Shown here: piece by piece, positions 49,519 to 59,362 of the stretch
Numbering within the stretch: the stretch's first letter is position 1
Layout: each line of letters opens with the position of its first letter
Source of the DNA: a virus
IMG/VR virus record: IMGVR_UViG_3300025102_007089
Span: 1-64,000 of that record
Length of the DNA stretch: 64,000 nt
Direction: 5' to 3' (one strand)
The notes under the pieces: generated by a model
Databases searched by the model: none
What the model saw: only the letters and a program-made list of their open reading frames with translations
Told to the model about the DNA's origin: nothing
Made by a program: the position numbers and the translations under genes

Positions 49519-51645
49519 TTAGTCAAACAGAGATAGACTACTAAATAAAGAATTACGAAATACTATATCTTCTATTTTATTATCTCCAGAGAACGCACTT
49601 AACGGGGTATCAAAATCAAACGTGTTTTTAGGATCAGTAAAGTCAAGTAATCCGTCAGTTACAGAACCTTCTACACCTGATGTATAGCTATAAAAAGTAT
49701 AAAAACTAGTTAAATCTTCAGTAGAAAAACTTTCAGGTAATACTAAAGGCCAAGCCCAATTAGTACTATAGGTACTTAAACTATATTCAGTAGTAGTACC
49801 ATTTAAAAATGATACAGCGCACAATGGTTGAAAGGAATTTAAAAGTATACACTGCTTACTAAATTTTTCTTTAGCAACTATATCTGTACCAGCTGTAACT
49901 ATATATGAAAGTGTATCAATTTTATCACCAAGATTAGTACCATATACTGTTGGATTACCACCTCCTTTATCATCTAAATTTTGACTAAATTTATTTCTTG
50001 TACCCTTTAATTTATTATATTCAGTAGAGAATAAAGAAATAAATCTAGCTACACTAGGTGGAAAATTAAAAAGTGATTGATCGTATATATTAGCTTCTTC
50101 ATTAACTAACTTACTTAAAGATATAATTGATCTTATATCACATGAATCAAGATCAATTTTATTATCTACAAAATTAAAAATTTTAGAATTGATAGTTTTG
50201 CCTAATGAAGAAGAAGAACTACTTAAATCACCAAAAATAGAACCTATAAAATCATCAAATAAAACATTTTTATCTAATAAAATTTCTTGAAATCTTAAAC
50301 TTTTAAAAATATCTGTATAATCAACATTTTCGTTTTGCTTTGAAAATCCATAAAAATCTTTAGGAAATGCAGTCAGTGGGACTGCATTACTTGTCAAAGC
50401 TAAGTTAACAGAGCCATTAGTAAATAAACTGCTTACTGTAAGGGTTAAAGAAGTTGTTTCAGTAGAAAGACTGTCATTAAAAGTAAGACCCCCATAATAC
50501 CAAAAATTAGTATCTACACCATCAATAGATCCTGATAAGCTTTCAATAGTAAAGTTACTACTACTTACATTTACACCGTCTTTTTGTAAGGTAAATGTTG
50601 GGGTTCCTATAGCAGATAAATTTTTAACTGTAAAATTTTGTATACTTTTAGGTTTTACTAAAAATGGTATCTGAACACCTTTGAATTGAACTGGGCTTAT
50701 ACCAAATATAGTTGCTTCTTCTAATCCTTCACTATCTAATCCATTTGAAGTAGCATTTAAACTTGATATTTTAAATGTTGATGAAGCTACGGCATCTACA
50801 TTAGCAGTTAAAGTTATACCTAAATTATTATTATTATCGTTTACTGAAAAATTACCAGACTTATCTCTACTAAAAATCTTTTTTCTATCTTTAAATAATT
50901 CTATACTTATAGGGCTACTTACTGAATTATCAGTACTAAAATAAAAATTATTAATACCGGATGAACCTACATATAAACTACCTTTATCAGTACTTTTAGC
51001 TGGTACTATTATAGGAGGATTTACTCCAGAAAGTTTAACATAAACATTTTCCGAGCTTAATGTTAATTTAGATACTTCATTGTATTCATGAGCACTTAAA
51101 TTATCAATAAAGGCTCTTTCATAAAAAGAATGATACCGTTTTAAGTGATTAAATTTATATGGTAGTAAGTCAAAATAGTTAGGTAGTCCTGTTCCGGAAA
51201 TACTAAAAAATATATCATTGTTAGTATTATAAAAAGGAGAATTATTTGTAATAGTAATAGCTTCTGAAAAATGACCTGCAGATAGAGTTAAAGTATTGTT
51301 TGGTATACTTATAGAAAAAGTATTTTCTATATAATCTTTAATATCAACGTTAGCAGAGTAGGAACCTAATACATTGTTATTTTGACAATCTCTTAATACC
51401 ATTCTCACCTTATACCTACCAGGTAGTTCATAAGTATGAACAGCAGTAGTTGAATGAATTATTGTACCATCTCCTAAATCAAAAGTAGCAGTAGTGTTAT
51501 TTAGATCTTGTAAAATTGTACAACCTGCTGGAATGTCTGCTACAAATGTTAAAGGAGTAAGAGATAGATTATAGGAAGATAAAACGTTATCTTGTTTATA
51601 ATCTTCTACTCTAAATAAGGCATAGGTTGTATTAATATTACTCAT
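49519..51645 (-). CDS. PKD-domain baseplate-associated protein
   Basis: FDLGDGT....AVHTYELPGRYKV; directly follows gp6. Confidence 0.6.
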   Translation of the reverse strand: MSNINTTYALFRVEDYKQDNVLSSYNLSLTPLTFVADIPAGCTILQDLNNTTATFDLGDGTIIHSTTAVHTYELPGRYKVRMVLRDCQNNNVLGSYSANVDIKDYIENTFSISIPNNTLTLSAGHFSEAITITNNSPFYNTNNDIFFSISGTGLPNYFDLLPYKFNHLKRYHSFYERAFIDNLSAHEYNEVSKLTLSSENVYVKLSGVNPPIIVPAKSTDKGSLYVGSSGINNFYFSTDNSVSSPISIELFKDRKKIFSRDKSGNFSVNDNNNNLGITLTANVDAVASSTFKISSLNATSNGLDSEGLEEATIFGISPVQFKGVQIPFLVKPKSIQNFTVKNLSAIGTPTFTLQKDGVNVSSSNFTIESLSGSIDGVDTNFWYYGGLTFNDSLSTETTSLTLTVSSLFTNGSVNLALTSNAVPLTAFPKDFYGFSKQNENVDYTDIFKSLRFQEILLDKNVLFDDFIGSIFGDLSSSSSSLGKTINSKIFNFVDNKIDLDSCDIRSIISLSKLVNEEANIYDQSLFNFPPSVARFISLFSTEYNKLKGTRNKFSQNLDDKGGGNPTVYGTNLGDKIDTLSYIVTAGTDIVAKEKFSKQCILLNSFQPLCAVSFLNGTTTEYSLSTYSTNWAWPLVLPESFSTEDLTSFYTFYSYTSGVEGSVTDGLLDFTDPKNTFDFDTPLSAFSGDNKIEDIVFRNSLFSSLSLFD

Positions 51646-53470
51646 CTATTACTGTTAATTTAGCAGCTAACGAATTAGGGTTTATTAAGAACGGAAATTT
51701 AAAAAATGGTAAAGATACGTCTTGGTTAACTAAACTTATATCAGCAGATGGATAAAGAGGATTATAAGATATAAATGATATGCCACTAAAAGATATATTT
51801 TCGTTATTATTTCTAGTTTCTATTCTTTTTACACCTTCAACACTTAGTATTTCAGATACAAGAGTAGAGAGAGATAATTGCTGACCTAAGTTATTATTAG
51901 TAGGACCAAAAAACTTTGTTATAATAGCTAAAATTCTTGATTTTAAAATTTCTTTATTAATTTTATTATTAGATTCTCTAACTATAACTAACTTTGTATT
52001 TTTAGATACTTCAGGTTCTAAGTCAACTTGATTAGAAAATCCTAAATCAAAAGCCATATAAATAGGGTCTCTTGGAACTACTTCATGACTAATAGTTTTT
52101 CTTTCTAAAGAAGAATCAACTATAAGCTTTTTAATTGAATTACTTAAAAATGGAGGATAGTCACCGTCTTTAGCTATATTAAATCTAGGTACTGTAAATA
52201 TATTAATATTATTAAAATCACAACTATCAGAAAAGTTGACTTGATTAAGTAATACTCGATTTGATTTATCAGGATCTACACATATATTATAAAAATACTG
52301 TATATAATCATTAATAAAGGTCTGATTACTAACAACTTTATTATCTATTAATATATTAGAGAAATTTTTACTTATAAAACCTTCGTAATCAGTTACACTA
52401 ACAAGTCTTTGTTGAGAGCTAAATAATTTAGGTGCGTTTTCTCTTATTTCATCTACTGTTTCTTCTGTAGTTATAGGAGAAGACGGTTGTGGATTTTTAA
52501 AAGTTAAATTAGAATTATTTGCTGATGATATAAATGTCGTAGAATCTTTGTTGGTATATGTATCATCAAATATTTCTCTTTGTCTAGAGCTATCATAAAC
52601 GAAAAGCTTATTACCGTTTATAGCATTTGTACTTACTATACCCCTTTGCCCGTCTGATAAAATATAATTTATAGATACAACGTCGCCCTTTGAAAGCTTT
52701 CTACCTGAAGTACCATCACCAAATTTTATTTCAAAGTGACCATTTTCGTTCAACCGTTTTTCATAACACCTTGAATTATTATCTTTAATATATAAACTAT
52801 CTACTTCGCTATATTCATAATATAAACCAGAACTAGCTTCTTTAACATAAACACTAACAGTATCATCTGCTATAAATCTCCCACTATCTCCAGGGTCTAG
52901 AATATTATCAACAACAAGAGTAACCTTTTCAAAATCAGTACCCTGTGCAGTATAATCAGGATATTCACTTACAGATCCTTGATATAGTATTACATTGTTA
53001 TCAAGTTCAGTTAATTTTTGCTCTTTTTGATCAGCTATAGTAAAGCTATAATCACTATTAAAGGTAAAAGGAATACTATCTACTAAGAAGAAAGAATATT
53101 TTTTAATAGTATAATTACCTACTGCTAAGTCTGCATTTGCAGTAGCGTTTATTGAAGCGAGAGAAGTTTTTTTTCCAACAGGTTTATATCCTATAACCTT
53201 AACAATTTTATTCATGTTTTCGTATAAGGTCGCCTGGTCGAAAGTAGATTCGGAAGCTGTATTATTTAAATAAAATAACAAAACATGATATGAATAAGCA
53301 ATTATATCTATAATAGCAGCTAAATTACTACCTTCAAAATTTTGATCAGTAAATTTTTCATTTTCATTTAAACGTTGAATAATGAAATCTTTCAAACTTA
53401 CCGCGTCAAATGCTGCATATGCATCTTGCGGTAAGTTAAAATCTAAAAAATTATTGTTTTTATCAGCCAT
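51638..53470 (-). CDS. gp6: Baseplate wedge subunit gp6
   Basis: FTDQNFEGSNL..IIDIIAY, ES....A, IGYKP, IKFGDG..G, ET.DEIR.NAP..F..Q.RLV...DY. Confidence 0.9.
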   Translation of the reverse strand: MADKNNNFLDFNLPQDAYAAFDAVSLKDFIIQRLNENEKFTDQNFEGSNLAAIIDIIAYSYHVLLFYLNNTASESTFDQATLYENMNKIVKVIGYKPVGKKTSLASINATANADLAVGNYTIKKYSFFLVDSIPFTFNSDYSFTIADQKEQKLTELDNNVILYQGSVSEYPDYTAQGTDFEKVTLVVDNILDPGDSGRFIADDTVSVYVKEASSGLYYEYSEVDSLYIKDNNSRCYEKRLNENGHFEIKFGDGTSGRKLSKGDVVSINYILSDGQRGIVSTNAINGNKLFVYDSSRQREIFDDTYTNKDSTTFISSANNSNLTFKNPQPSSPITTEETVDEIRENAPKLFSSQQRLVSVTDYEGFISKNFSNILIDNKVVSNQTFINDYIQYFYNICVDPDKSNRVLLNQVNFSDSCDFNNINIFTVPRFNIAKDGDYPPFLSNSIKKLIVDSSLERKTISHEVVPRDPIYMAFDLGFSNQVDLEPEVSKNTKLVIVRESNNKINKEILKSRILAIITKFFGPTNNNLGQQLSLSTLVSEILSVEGVKRIETRNNNENISFSGISFISYNPLYPSADISLVNQDVSLPFFKFPFLINPNSLAAKLTVIDE

Positions 53471-53472
53471 TT

Positions 53473-53961
53473 TTATATAAAGTTATATCCATTACTATTT
53501 AATACAGATCTAAGTGATAGTCCATATACATTAAGAGACGGTACGTTTATTTGTAGTGTAATATTATATTCCTGTTGATCCTCATTAGCACTTACTTCTA
53601 CTTTTTCTAATTCTATTCGTGGTTCGAAGTTAGGTAAATTTTCTTCTATATCAGATTGTATCTCTAATTCAGTAAAAGGACTTACAGGATCGAAAATAAA
53701 TCTTCTTAAATCTATTCCAAATTCAGGGTTTAGAATTTTTTCTCCTGGTGATGTAAGTAAAGCATTTGCTATACTATTTTGTATTGACTCTATATCGTAT
53801 AAACCTTGTACGTCTTTAAGCTCCTCTTTACGATTTAACTGACGATTAAAGGAGACTCTATTCTCAATATCAAGAAATAAGTCTTTATATAGATATTGCT
53901 GCTTAAGAGCTGCGTCTTCTGCCTCAGTAACTGATACTGAATCTATCTTAATTAAAGCCAT
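53473..53961 (-). CDS. gp25: Baseplate wedge subunit gp25
   Basis: YKDL, SI.NSI.N.L.TSPGEK.LNPEFG..L...FDP, FEPRI. Confidence 0.9.
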   Translation of the reverse strand: MALIKIDSVSVTEAEDAALKQQYLYKDLFLDIENRVSFNRQLNRKEELKDVQGLYDIESIQNSIANALLTSPGEKILNPEFGIDLRRFIFDPVSPFTELEIQSDIEENLPNFEPRIELEKVEVSANEDQQEYNITLQINVPSLNVYGLSLRSVLNSNGYNFI

Positions 53962-53989
53962 TACTTATATATTTAATAAGAAACCTCTT

Positions 53990-54220
53990 TTAGACTTCCT
54001 CTTCATATTTTAACTCTCTCTCACTATCATCTTGATATATATTTTTTAATATTTCAGCAGCTAAATCATCAAAGCTTTCTTCTTCCTCTTCCTTATCTGC
54101 TATATGTAATGCTGCAAGATATTTATTTTTAGCATCCTTTGTACCTTTTGTGCACCCAACCTTCTTTGTACCCTTATATACACAATACTTATTACCTTCT
54201 TTTTTAGCTTTATATGGCAT
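53990..54220 (-). CDS. Small late protein
   Basis: MPYK.KK.G.KYCVYK...VGC......YLAALH; TATAAATA upstream. Confidence 0.65.
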   Translation of the reverse strand: MPYKAKKEGNKYCVYKGTKKVGCTKGTKDAKNKYLAALHIADKEEEEESFDDLAAEILKNIYQDDSERELKYEEEV

Positions 54221-54258
54221 TTTTACTGTAAATATTTATAGATTTAATAAATAATTAT

Positions 54259-54789
54259 ATGTCTAAACAACACAGAAATTTCGGTAAAGATATTCACCAA
54301 CTAAACGAGACGTACAACGAGATGTTGAACGGAGCGCATATGTTTCAAAATACAGGTAATCCTCAAGCTGCAGCTGATAGTATGAAGGAAGAAGATAGAC
54401 CATTTTCTCCTAGTCACGGTGCACAAGATAAGATTCCATTTGAAGATAACGAAGATGATAAAGGTATTGATCATCTTAAGCATGCTTTAAAGATGCTCGG
54501 TAAGGCTAAGCTTATGAAGCATCTCGAAGAGATGGAAGAGGATATCGAAGATGAAGAGTTTAATTTTAAAGGTGGTGATATTGAACACGACTGAGCTTCT
54601 CACATTAAACATCCTCAGTTTGGGGAGTCAGTCAAGAAAGTCCTTCACCATAGCTTAACTTCAGCAGGCGTTATTGAAGAATATTATGTTGAACATAACG
54701 GTAAATTAGCAAAAGTACTTGCTGAAGAAGTTACAGTAGTTCAATTAAATGAGCATGGTGGTAGCGGTAAGAAGAAGAAAAAGAAATAG
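54259..54789 (+). CDS. Late protein with in-frame UGA (54592-54594); candidate 176-aa selenoprotein
   Basis: The frame stays open for 64 codons after the TGA (ASHIKHPQFGESVKKVLHHSLTSAGVIEEYYVEHNGKLAKVLAEEVTVVQLNEHGGSGKKKKKK*) with no ATG/GTG/TTG; SECIS-like hairpin; ATAAATA 5 nt upstream of the ATG. Confidence 0.72.
54595..54641 (+). promoter_or_regulatory. Candidate bacterial-type SECIS element
   Basis: AC(A)UCCUCA-GUU-UGGGGAGU hairpin at 54609-54628, bulge at +17, loop G at +24 after the UGA; weak lower stem UUCU/AGAA. Confidence 0.6.
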
Positions 54790-54822
54790 CGCAATTACGG
54801 CCGATCTGGCATAAATAAATAT

Positions 54823-55401
54823 ATGGCTAAAGAAAAGAAGTTTGTAAAGCTCTTTGAAAATTATATGCGTAGATTTGAACGCGGCGGCTTTTTAGTAGGC
54901 GACGTTTTTAAGTTTAATGATGACTTTAAGAGTCATGACGCATATAAAGGTTTAGGAGATAACATTAAAGAGCTTATAGATGACATGATTGAATCAGGTC
55001 TTCATATTAGAGTTGTTAATATAAAAGATACAGACCCAGCTCGTTATCCTTCAAATGATCAAACTTCTTCTCTTAAAACAGTTTTAGACATAGCCTTAGA
55101 TACCGGTGGAGGTCGTTTTTCTCATTATTGTTCTGTACCCTGTGGGTTAGGTCAACCTGTTCAATATGCTCCAAATTTATTACCTATTCCTGACGCTATG
55201 AGACGTAAGGATAATGTTAATATTAAACCTGAAGAAGCAGAAGAGGATAAAGATAATATTCAAAATAAGACAGACAGGGGTAATGGTGAGCTGAGTAATA
55301 CTGAAAGATCTTTACCTAAGGACAATACCCAAATTCCATCACAGCCAGCTACCCCATCTCAAGAAGTAAATTCTTATACTAAGCAGTATATCCCTAGTTA
55401 G
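54823..55401 (+). CDS. Hypothetical late protein
   Basis: MAKEKKFVKLFE start; ATAAATA 5 nt upstream. Confidence 0.65.
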   Translation: MAKEKKFVKLFENYMRRFERGGFLVGDVFKFNDDFKSHDAYKGLGDNIKELIDDMIESGLHIRVVNIKDTDPARYPSNDQTSSLKTVLDIALDTGGGRFSHYCSVPCGLGQPVQYAPNLLPIPDAMRRKDNVNIKPEEAEEDKDNIQNKTDRGNGELSNTERSLPKDNTQIPSQPATPSQEVNSYTKQYIPS

Positions 55402-56491
55402 ACCAGTTAGAGGTAACTCTAGCTACTCCCCATGGTAGATTATTAACTACAGCATAATTAAAGAGTAATTCTGGACCTCCTGTCCCTTCTCTAGTTGCTA
55501 AGACATTCCAGCCAGTGAATGTATCATAATACTCAGATGTATAGCTTATACCGGCTTTACCAGGCCATGTAATTACAAAATAGAGATTATTTAGATTTTG
55601 CCCAAATCCCCATTCAAGCATATTGTTGACCATAGCTGCTGGAGGTTCATTAGGATCAGTCGCTTTTTTAATTCTCTTAAATCCCGCAGGAGGCCAGGTA
55701 GTTATTATGCGCTGCGCCGGTAGCATATTGTTTGTAACAGACCATTTAGGAGCTTGTAAAAAGATAGCAGAAGATGATATTAACGTATAGCTATGATCTG
55801 TATTACCATCGCCTACCTTCTTCCACCCTTCAGTTAAAGGAGGAAATTGTTGCTTTAAAGTATAATAATATCCTTCCCATTTGCCTTCTCTTTGTATCCA
55901 AAATATATCACCCCTCGACTCATCTCCTTTTAACAGACCAGGTGAACTACTAATGTTAGCTTCAGCAAATGAAATCGGCACAGGTGTTCCTCTGTTTATA
56001 AGAGTCCAACTCTTATTTGAAATAATATTATTGTTTGCTCTATTTACGAAGCCTCCTATAGCTAATCCCCAATCTTCATTTCTTTTTGATTCATAAAAGA
56101 ATCCTCGTTTTACCATTGTTCCAGAGACGTCTTGGTCGCCATAACCTACAGCTCTCCAACCTCGAGTTATAGGAGGAAATACATCTCCTCCCGGACTCCA
56201 AAAAATTTGTAACCATGTACCGTCTTCATTTGGCACCCATATAATGTCAGCATTTGCTGGGTTAGTATTACCTAGTACATAAGCAGCAGAAGATGGTCCA
56301 AATATTTTACCTATTGATCTAGATACACTTCCATTAGGATTGACTGATGTGTTAAGGCCTATAAGTGTTAAAGAGTTAGCTCTTATTCTCTCAACTTCAA
56401 AACCTGATAAGTTAGAGACAGTCTGGGCTCCTAAAGGGGATACTATTGCTAATAATAATATTAAGAGCCTTATTAATAATAAAGGCTTCAT
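55394..56491 (-). CDS. Secreted protein resembling Verrucomicrobia TIGR02597-type surface proteins
   Basis: Signal peptide; internal repeat (AD/GD)I.W......W...(F/Y)....FPP(I/L)T.GW..VG.G..D; C-terminal ITWPGKAGISYTSEY. Confidence 0.55.
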   Translation of the reverse strand: MKPLLLIRLLILLLAIVSPLGAQTVSNLSGFEVERIRANSLTLIGLNTSVNPNGSVSRSIGKIFGPSSAAYVLGNTNPANADIIWVPNEDGTWLQIFWSPGGDVFPPITRGWRAVGYGDQDVSGTMVKRGFFYESKRNEDWGLAIGGFVNRANNNIISNKSWTLINRGTPVPISFAEANISSSPGLLKGDESRGDIFWIQREGKWEGYYYTLKQQFPPLTEGWKKVGDGNTDHSYTLISSSAIFLQAPKWSVTNNMLPAQRIITTWPPAGFKRIKKATDPNEPPAAMVNNMLEWGFGQNLNNLYFVITWPGKAGISYTSEYYDTFTGWNVLATREGTGGPELLFNYAVVNNLPWGVARVTSNWSN

Positions 56492-56500
56492 ATATTATAT

Positions 56501-57421
56501 TTATGCTTTTTCTAAATTTATTAAACAGGCAAATGCATTAATTTCTTTATCTACAACGAAAGCGCTCTTATAAAGATGATCTGCTATAGTAGCTATCATA
56601 GCTTTCTTTTTAATATCTTCCATTTTTTGATCATAGATATAATCTAAAAGATTCGCTAACAACGTATCATAATCACCTTGAAATCTATCTTCATTTTCTA
56701 TCAAGTACTTTCTTAATTCGAGAGACTTACCCGCGGCTAGTCCTTCGAAGCACTTAGATAACAACTCGTTATCAGACACGTTACTATCAATAGAGAGGAC
56801 TGAATCAATAACGCTTTTTTGAAGCTCGTTAATCGTTTTCCGTAGATCGGGGAAGTAACGCTTGACGAGTTGTATAAACTTTTTCTTTTGCTCATCACTT
56901 ATATTTACATTTTCTTGTTTTAGAATACTATAACATCTTTTAACAGCTTGCTCAAGAACAGGTTTAAGATCTAATGACTGACATCTTGATTGTATAGCAG
57001 GTATAATTTTATGCTTATAATTAGCTGTAATAATGAATCTACAATACTTAGCATACGTTTCCATAGTATTACGTAACGCAGCTTGTGCTTGTGCTGTTAA
57101 TCCATCTCCCTCATCTAATATAACTACTTTTACACCACCATCAAATGACTTAGTTTGAGCAAAATTAGTGATATTATGTCTAATAGTATCGATACCAGAC
57201 TCATCAGAAGCATTAATATAAAGGTAATTACATCCGAGAATATCGTTAACAATAACTCTAGCAAGGGTGGTCTTACCAGTACCAGGATTACCAACAAAAA
57301 GAAGATTAGGTATTTCATTTTTAAACCCTTTAATAATATTAAGAGTACGCTCATCTAGAATAATATCATCTAGCTTAGAAGGTCGATATTTTTCGACCCA
57401 TATTTTATCAAATTCAATCAT
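56501..57421 (-). CDS. gp44: Clamp loader ATPase gp44
   Basis: WVEKYRP, GNPGTGKTT, INASDE.GID, LDEGD, SRC, FPDLRK. Confidence 0.93.
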   Translation of the reverse strand: MIEFDKIWVEKYRPSKLDDIILDERTLNIIKGFKNEIPNLLFVGNPGTGKTTLARVIVNDILGCNYLYINASDESGIDTIRHNITNFAQTKSFDGGVKVVILDEGDGLTAQAQAALRNTMETYAKYCRFIITANYKHKIIPAIQSRCQSLDLKPVLEQAVKRCYSILKQENVNISDEQKKKFIQLVKRYFPDLRKTINELQKSVIDSVLSIDSNVSDNELLSKCFEGLAAGKSLELRKYLIENEDRFQGDYDTLLANLLDYIYDQKMEDIKKKAMIATIADHLYKSAFVVDKEINAFACLINLEKA

Positions 57422-57423
57422 AA

Positions 57424-57846
57424 TTAACGACCAGATGAACCAAATCCTTTTTCACCTCTCTGACTTTCAATAATTTCACTTTCACTAGTCTCTACAGTAT
57501 AGTTTCTATACACAACAAATTGAGCAATACGATCACCTGCCTTAACCTCATAATCTTTATCAGTAAAATTATATAATTTAATTCCAGCATCTCCACGGTA
57601 GCCTTGATCTATAATACCGGGATGAGGAAAGATACCATGCTTAAATCCTAAACCCGATCTACCTTCAACCTTTACCCAAAATCCAAAAGATATATAAGCA
57701 AATTTTAAACCTACATCTACTACAGCAGAGCCTTTAGCAGGAATAGTAATATCCACTACCGAAGAAACATCTAATCCAGTATCGTTATCATGATTCTTAC
57801 GGGGTAGAACTGCTTTATCGTTCGTTTTCTTAAACTTAAGTTCCAT
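57424..57846 (-). CDS. dut: Trimeric dUTPase
   Basis: GLD, GRSGLG, GIIDQGYRG, GDRIAQ, RGEKGFGSSG; likely start MELKF at 57846. Confidence 0.93.
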   Translation of the reverse strand: MELKFKKTNDKAVLPRKNHDNDTGLDVSSVVDITIPAKGSAVVDVGLKFAYISFGFWVKVEGRSGLGFKHGIFPHPGIIDQGYRGDAGIKLYNFTDKDYEVKAGDRIAQFVVYRNYTVETSESEIIESQRGEKGFGSSGR

Positions 57847-57896
57847 ACTCATATTATATAAATACTAAAAAATATATCAACTGAATAAATATATAC

Positions 57897-58340
57897 GTGG
57901 ACGAAGATCTTAATGATGCTGTTGATGATATTATTACCCAGTTAAAGGGTAATAAAAAGGTATCTCATAAGATTGAGGAGGAAGTTTTAAGTAAAGAAGA
58001 TTTAGAGGATTTTTTAATTGAAAAGAGTAGTAAACTTATTAATAAATCTCTTAATATAGTGGATAATGTAAACGATTATATTAGTTCTGCTCCAGAAAAT
58101 CGTGATGTTGCAGCTATGGCTGAACTTATTAAAGCTACTTCTTCTTCTATAGAAACATTAAACAAGTTACATACTGCTAAAGAGCGAAATGAGACTCAAT
58201 TAGAAGTTAAAAAGATAGATGTTCAGAGTAAAGAACGAATTAGTATAGCAGACAATCAAACTAAAGTTCTACTTTCTAGAGAAGATATTATGTCAGCTCT
58301 AATAGAGGGCGATGATAAGAGCGATGTTATAGATGTTTAA
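57897..58340 (+). CDS. Possible terminase small subunit (gp16-like)
   Basis: Helical; R.V.A.AELIK.....E.L.KLH and C-terminal VLLSREDIM pattern; late promoter 5 nt upstream. Confidence 0.45.
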   Translation: MDEDLNDAVDDIITQLKGNKKVSHKIEEEVLSKEDLEDFLIEKSSKLINKSLNIVDNVNDYISSAPENRDVAAMAELIKATSSSIETLNKLHTAKERNETQLEVKKIDVQSKERISIADNQTKVLLSREDIMSALIEGDDKSDVIDV

Positions 58341-59362
58341 TCGGTAATAGGTTCTTCTTTAACTTCTTCCCCACTACCTAATTGACCTTCAACAGTGTTA
58401 ACTGTAAATATCTTATCATCATCACCTTCTATCTTAAACGTAAACTCCTTACGCTTATCTGATTCATATTGATTACCTATAAGATCAGTCTCTATTTCTG
58501 TTTCTTTAATTTCAATCTCTTCTATACCCTCTTCAGTATAAGATCTAGACATATAAATTAATTTTTTATCTACTGCAGCTCTTCTTGATTTAGCTTTATT
58601 CTTTTCGCTATCAAAATAATTTATTAAGCGATAAAACTTATAAACTTCAAAATCTTCTTCTCCTAAAAATTCTTTAACCTTATCAAAAATATCCTCACTT
58701 ATTTCTTGGGCTACTTTAAAGAATTCTACATCTGCTACCCCATAACACCCATGTGATCTAGTATTAAAACCATCAACTTGTTCTTCTTCTTTTCTTAAAT
58801 CTTGAGATTTATCAATAAATGGTAAAGTATTATCAATATCAGTTAAATGTAAAGATGCATTATTAACTACATCTGATGTACTAGCAGTAGCAATACTTAT
58901 TAAACCGTTTATAAAGGAAGTAGATTTATTAGAAGTTAAAAGGGCGTTATTAAAAGCTACCCCACCATCTTTAAAAAGTGGAACTGTAGTATTAGATCTT
59001 GCAAGATTACCATTAGTACCTAAGGTATCGCTGTTTACCTTAAAGAACCTTTTTACTTCTCCAGGAGGCCTAGCTAACGAAATAGCATTAGCTGCTAAAG
59101 GTCCTGTAAAGAGTAATGATTTGTAATATTCAATAGATTCTATACTTATTTCTTTACCCTCTTTATCTATTTTATTAATAAATTTTTCTAATTGACTAAT
59201 ACCTATGTGATAGATTTTTTTAAACTCTTCCATGAATTCCTTATCTTTATCTGAAAAAGCTTCTACTACTTCTTTCTCAATAAGTTCATCAAATTGTTCC
59301 TTAGTTCTTAATAAAGCTCTAAGAATTTCTACATTTTTAGTTATTTGTGGTTCGTCAGCCAT
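58337..59362 (-). CDS. Hypothetical protein in baseplate operon
   Basis: TAATG overlap with upstream gene. Confidence 0.55.
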   Translation of the reverse strand: MADEPQITKNVEILRALLRTKEQFDELIEKEVVEAFSDKDKEFMEEFKKIYHIGISQLEKFINKIDKEGKEISIESIEYYKSLLFTGPLAANAISLARPPGEVKRFFKVNSDTLGTNGNLARSNTTVPLFKDGGVAFNNALLTSNKSTSFINGLISIATASTSDVVNNASLHLTDIDNTLPFIDKSQDLRKEEEQVDGFNTRSHGCYGVADVEFFKVAQEISEDIFDKVKEFLGEEDFEVYKFYRLINYFDSEKNKAKSRRAAVDKKLIYMSRSYTEEGIEEIEIKETEIETDLIGNQYESDKRKEFTFKIEGDDDKIFTVNTVEGQLGSGEEVKEEPITD

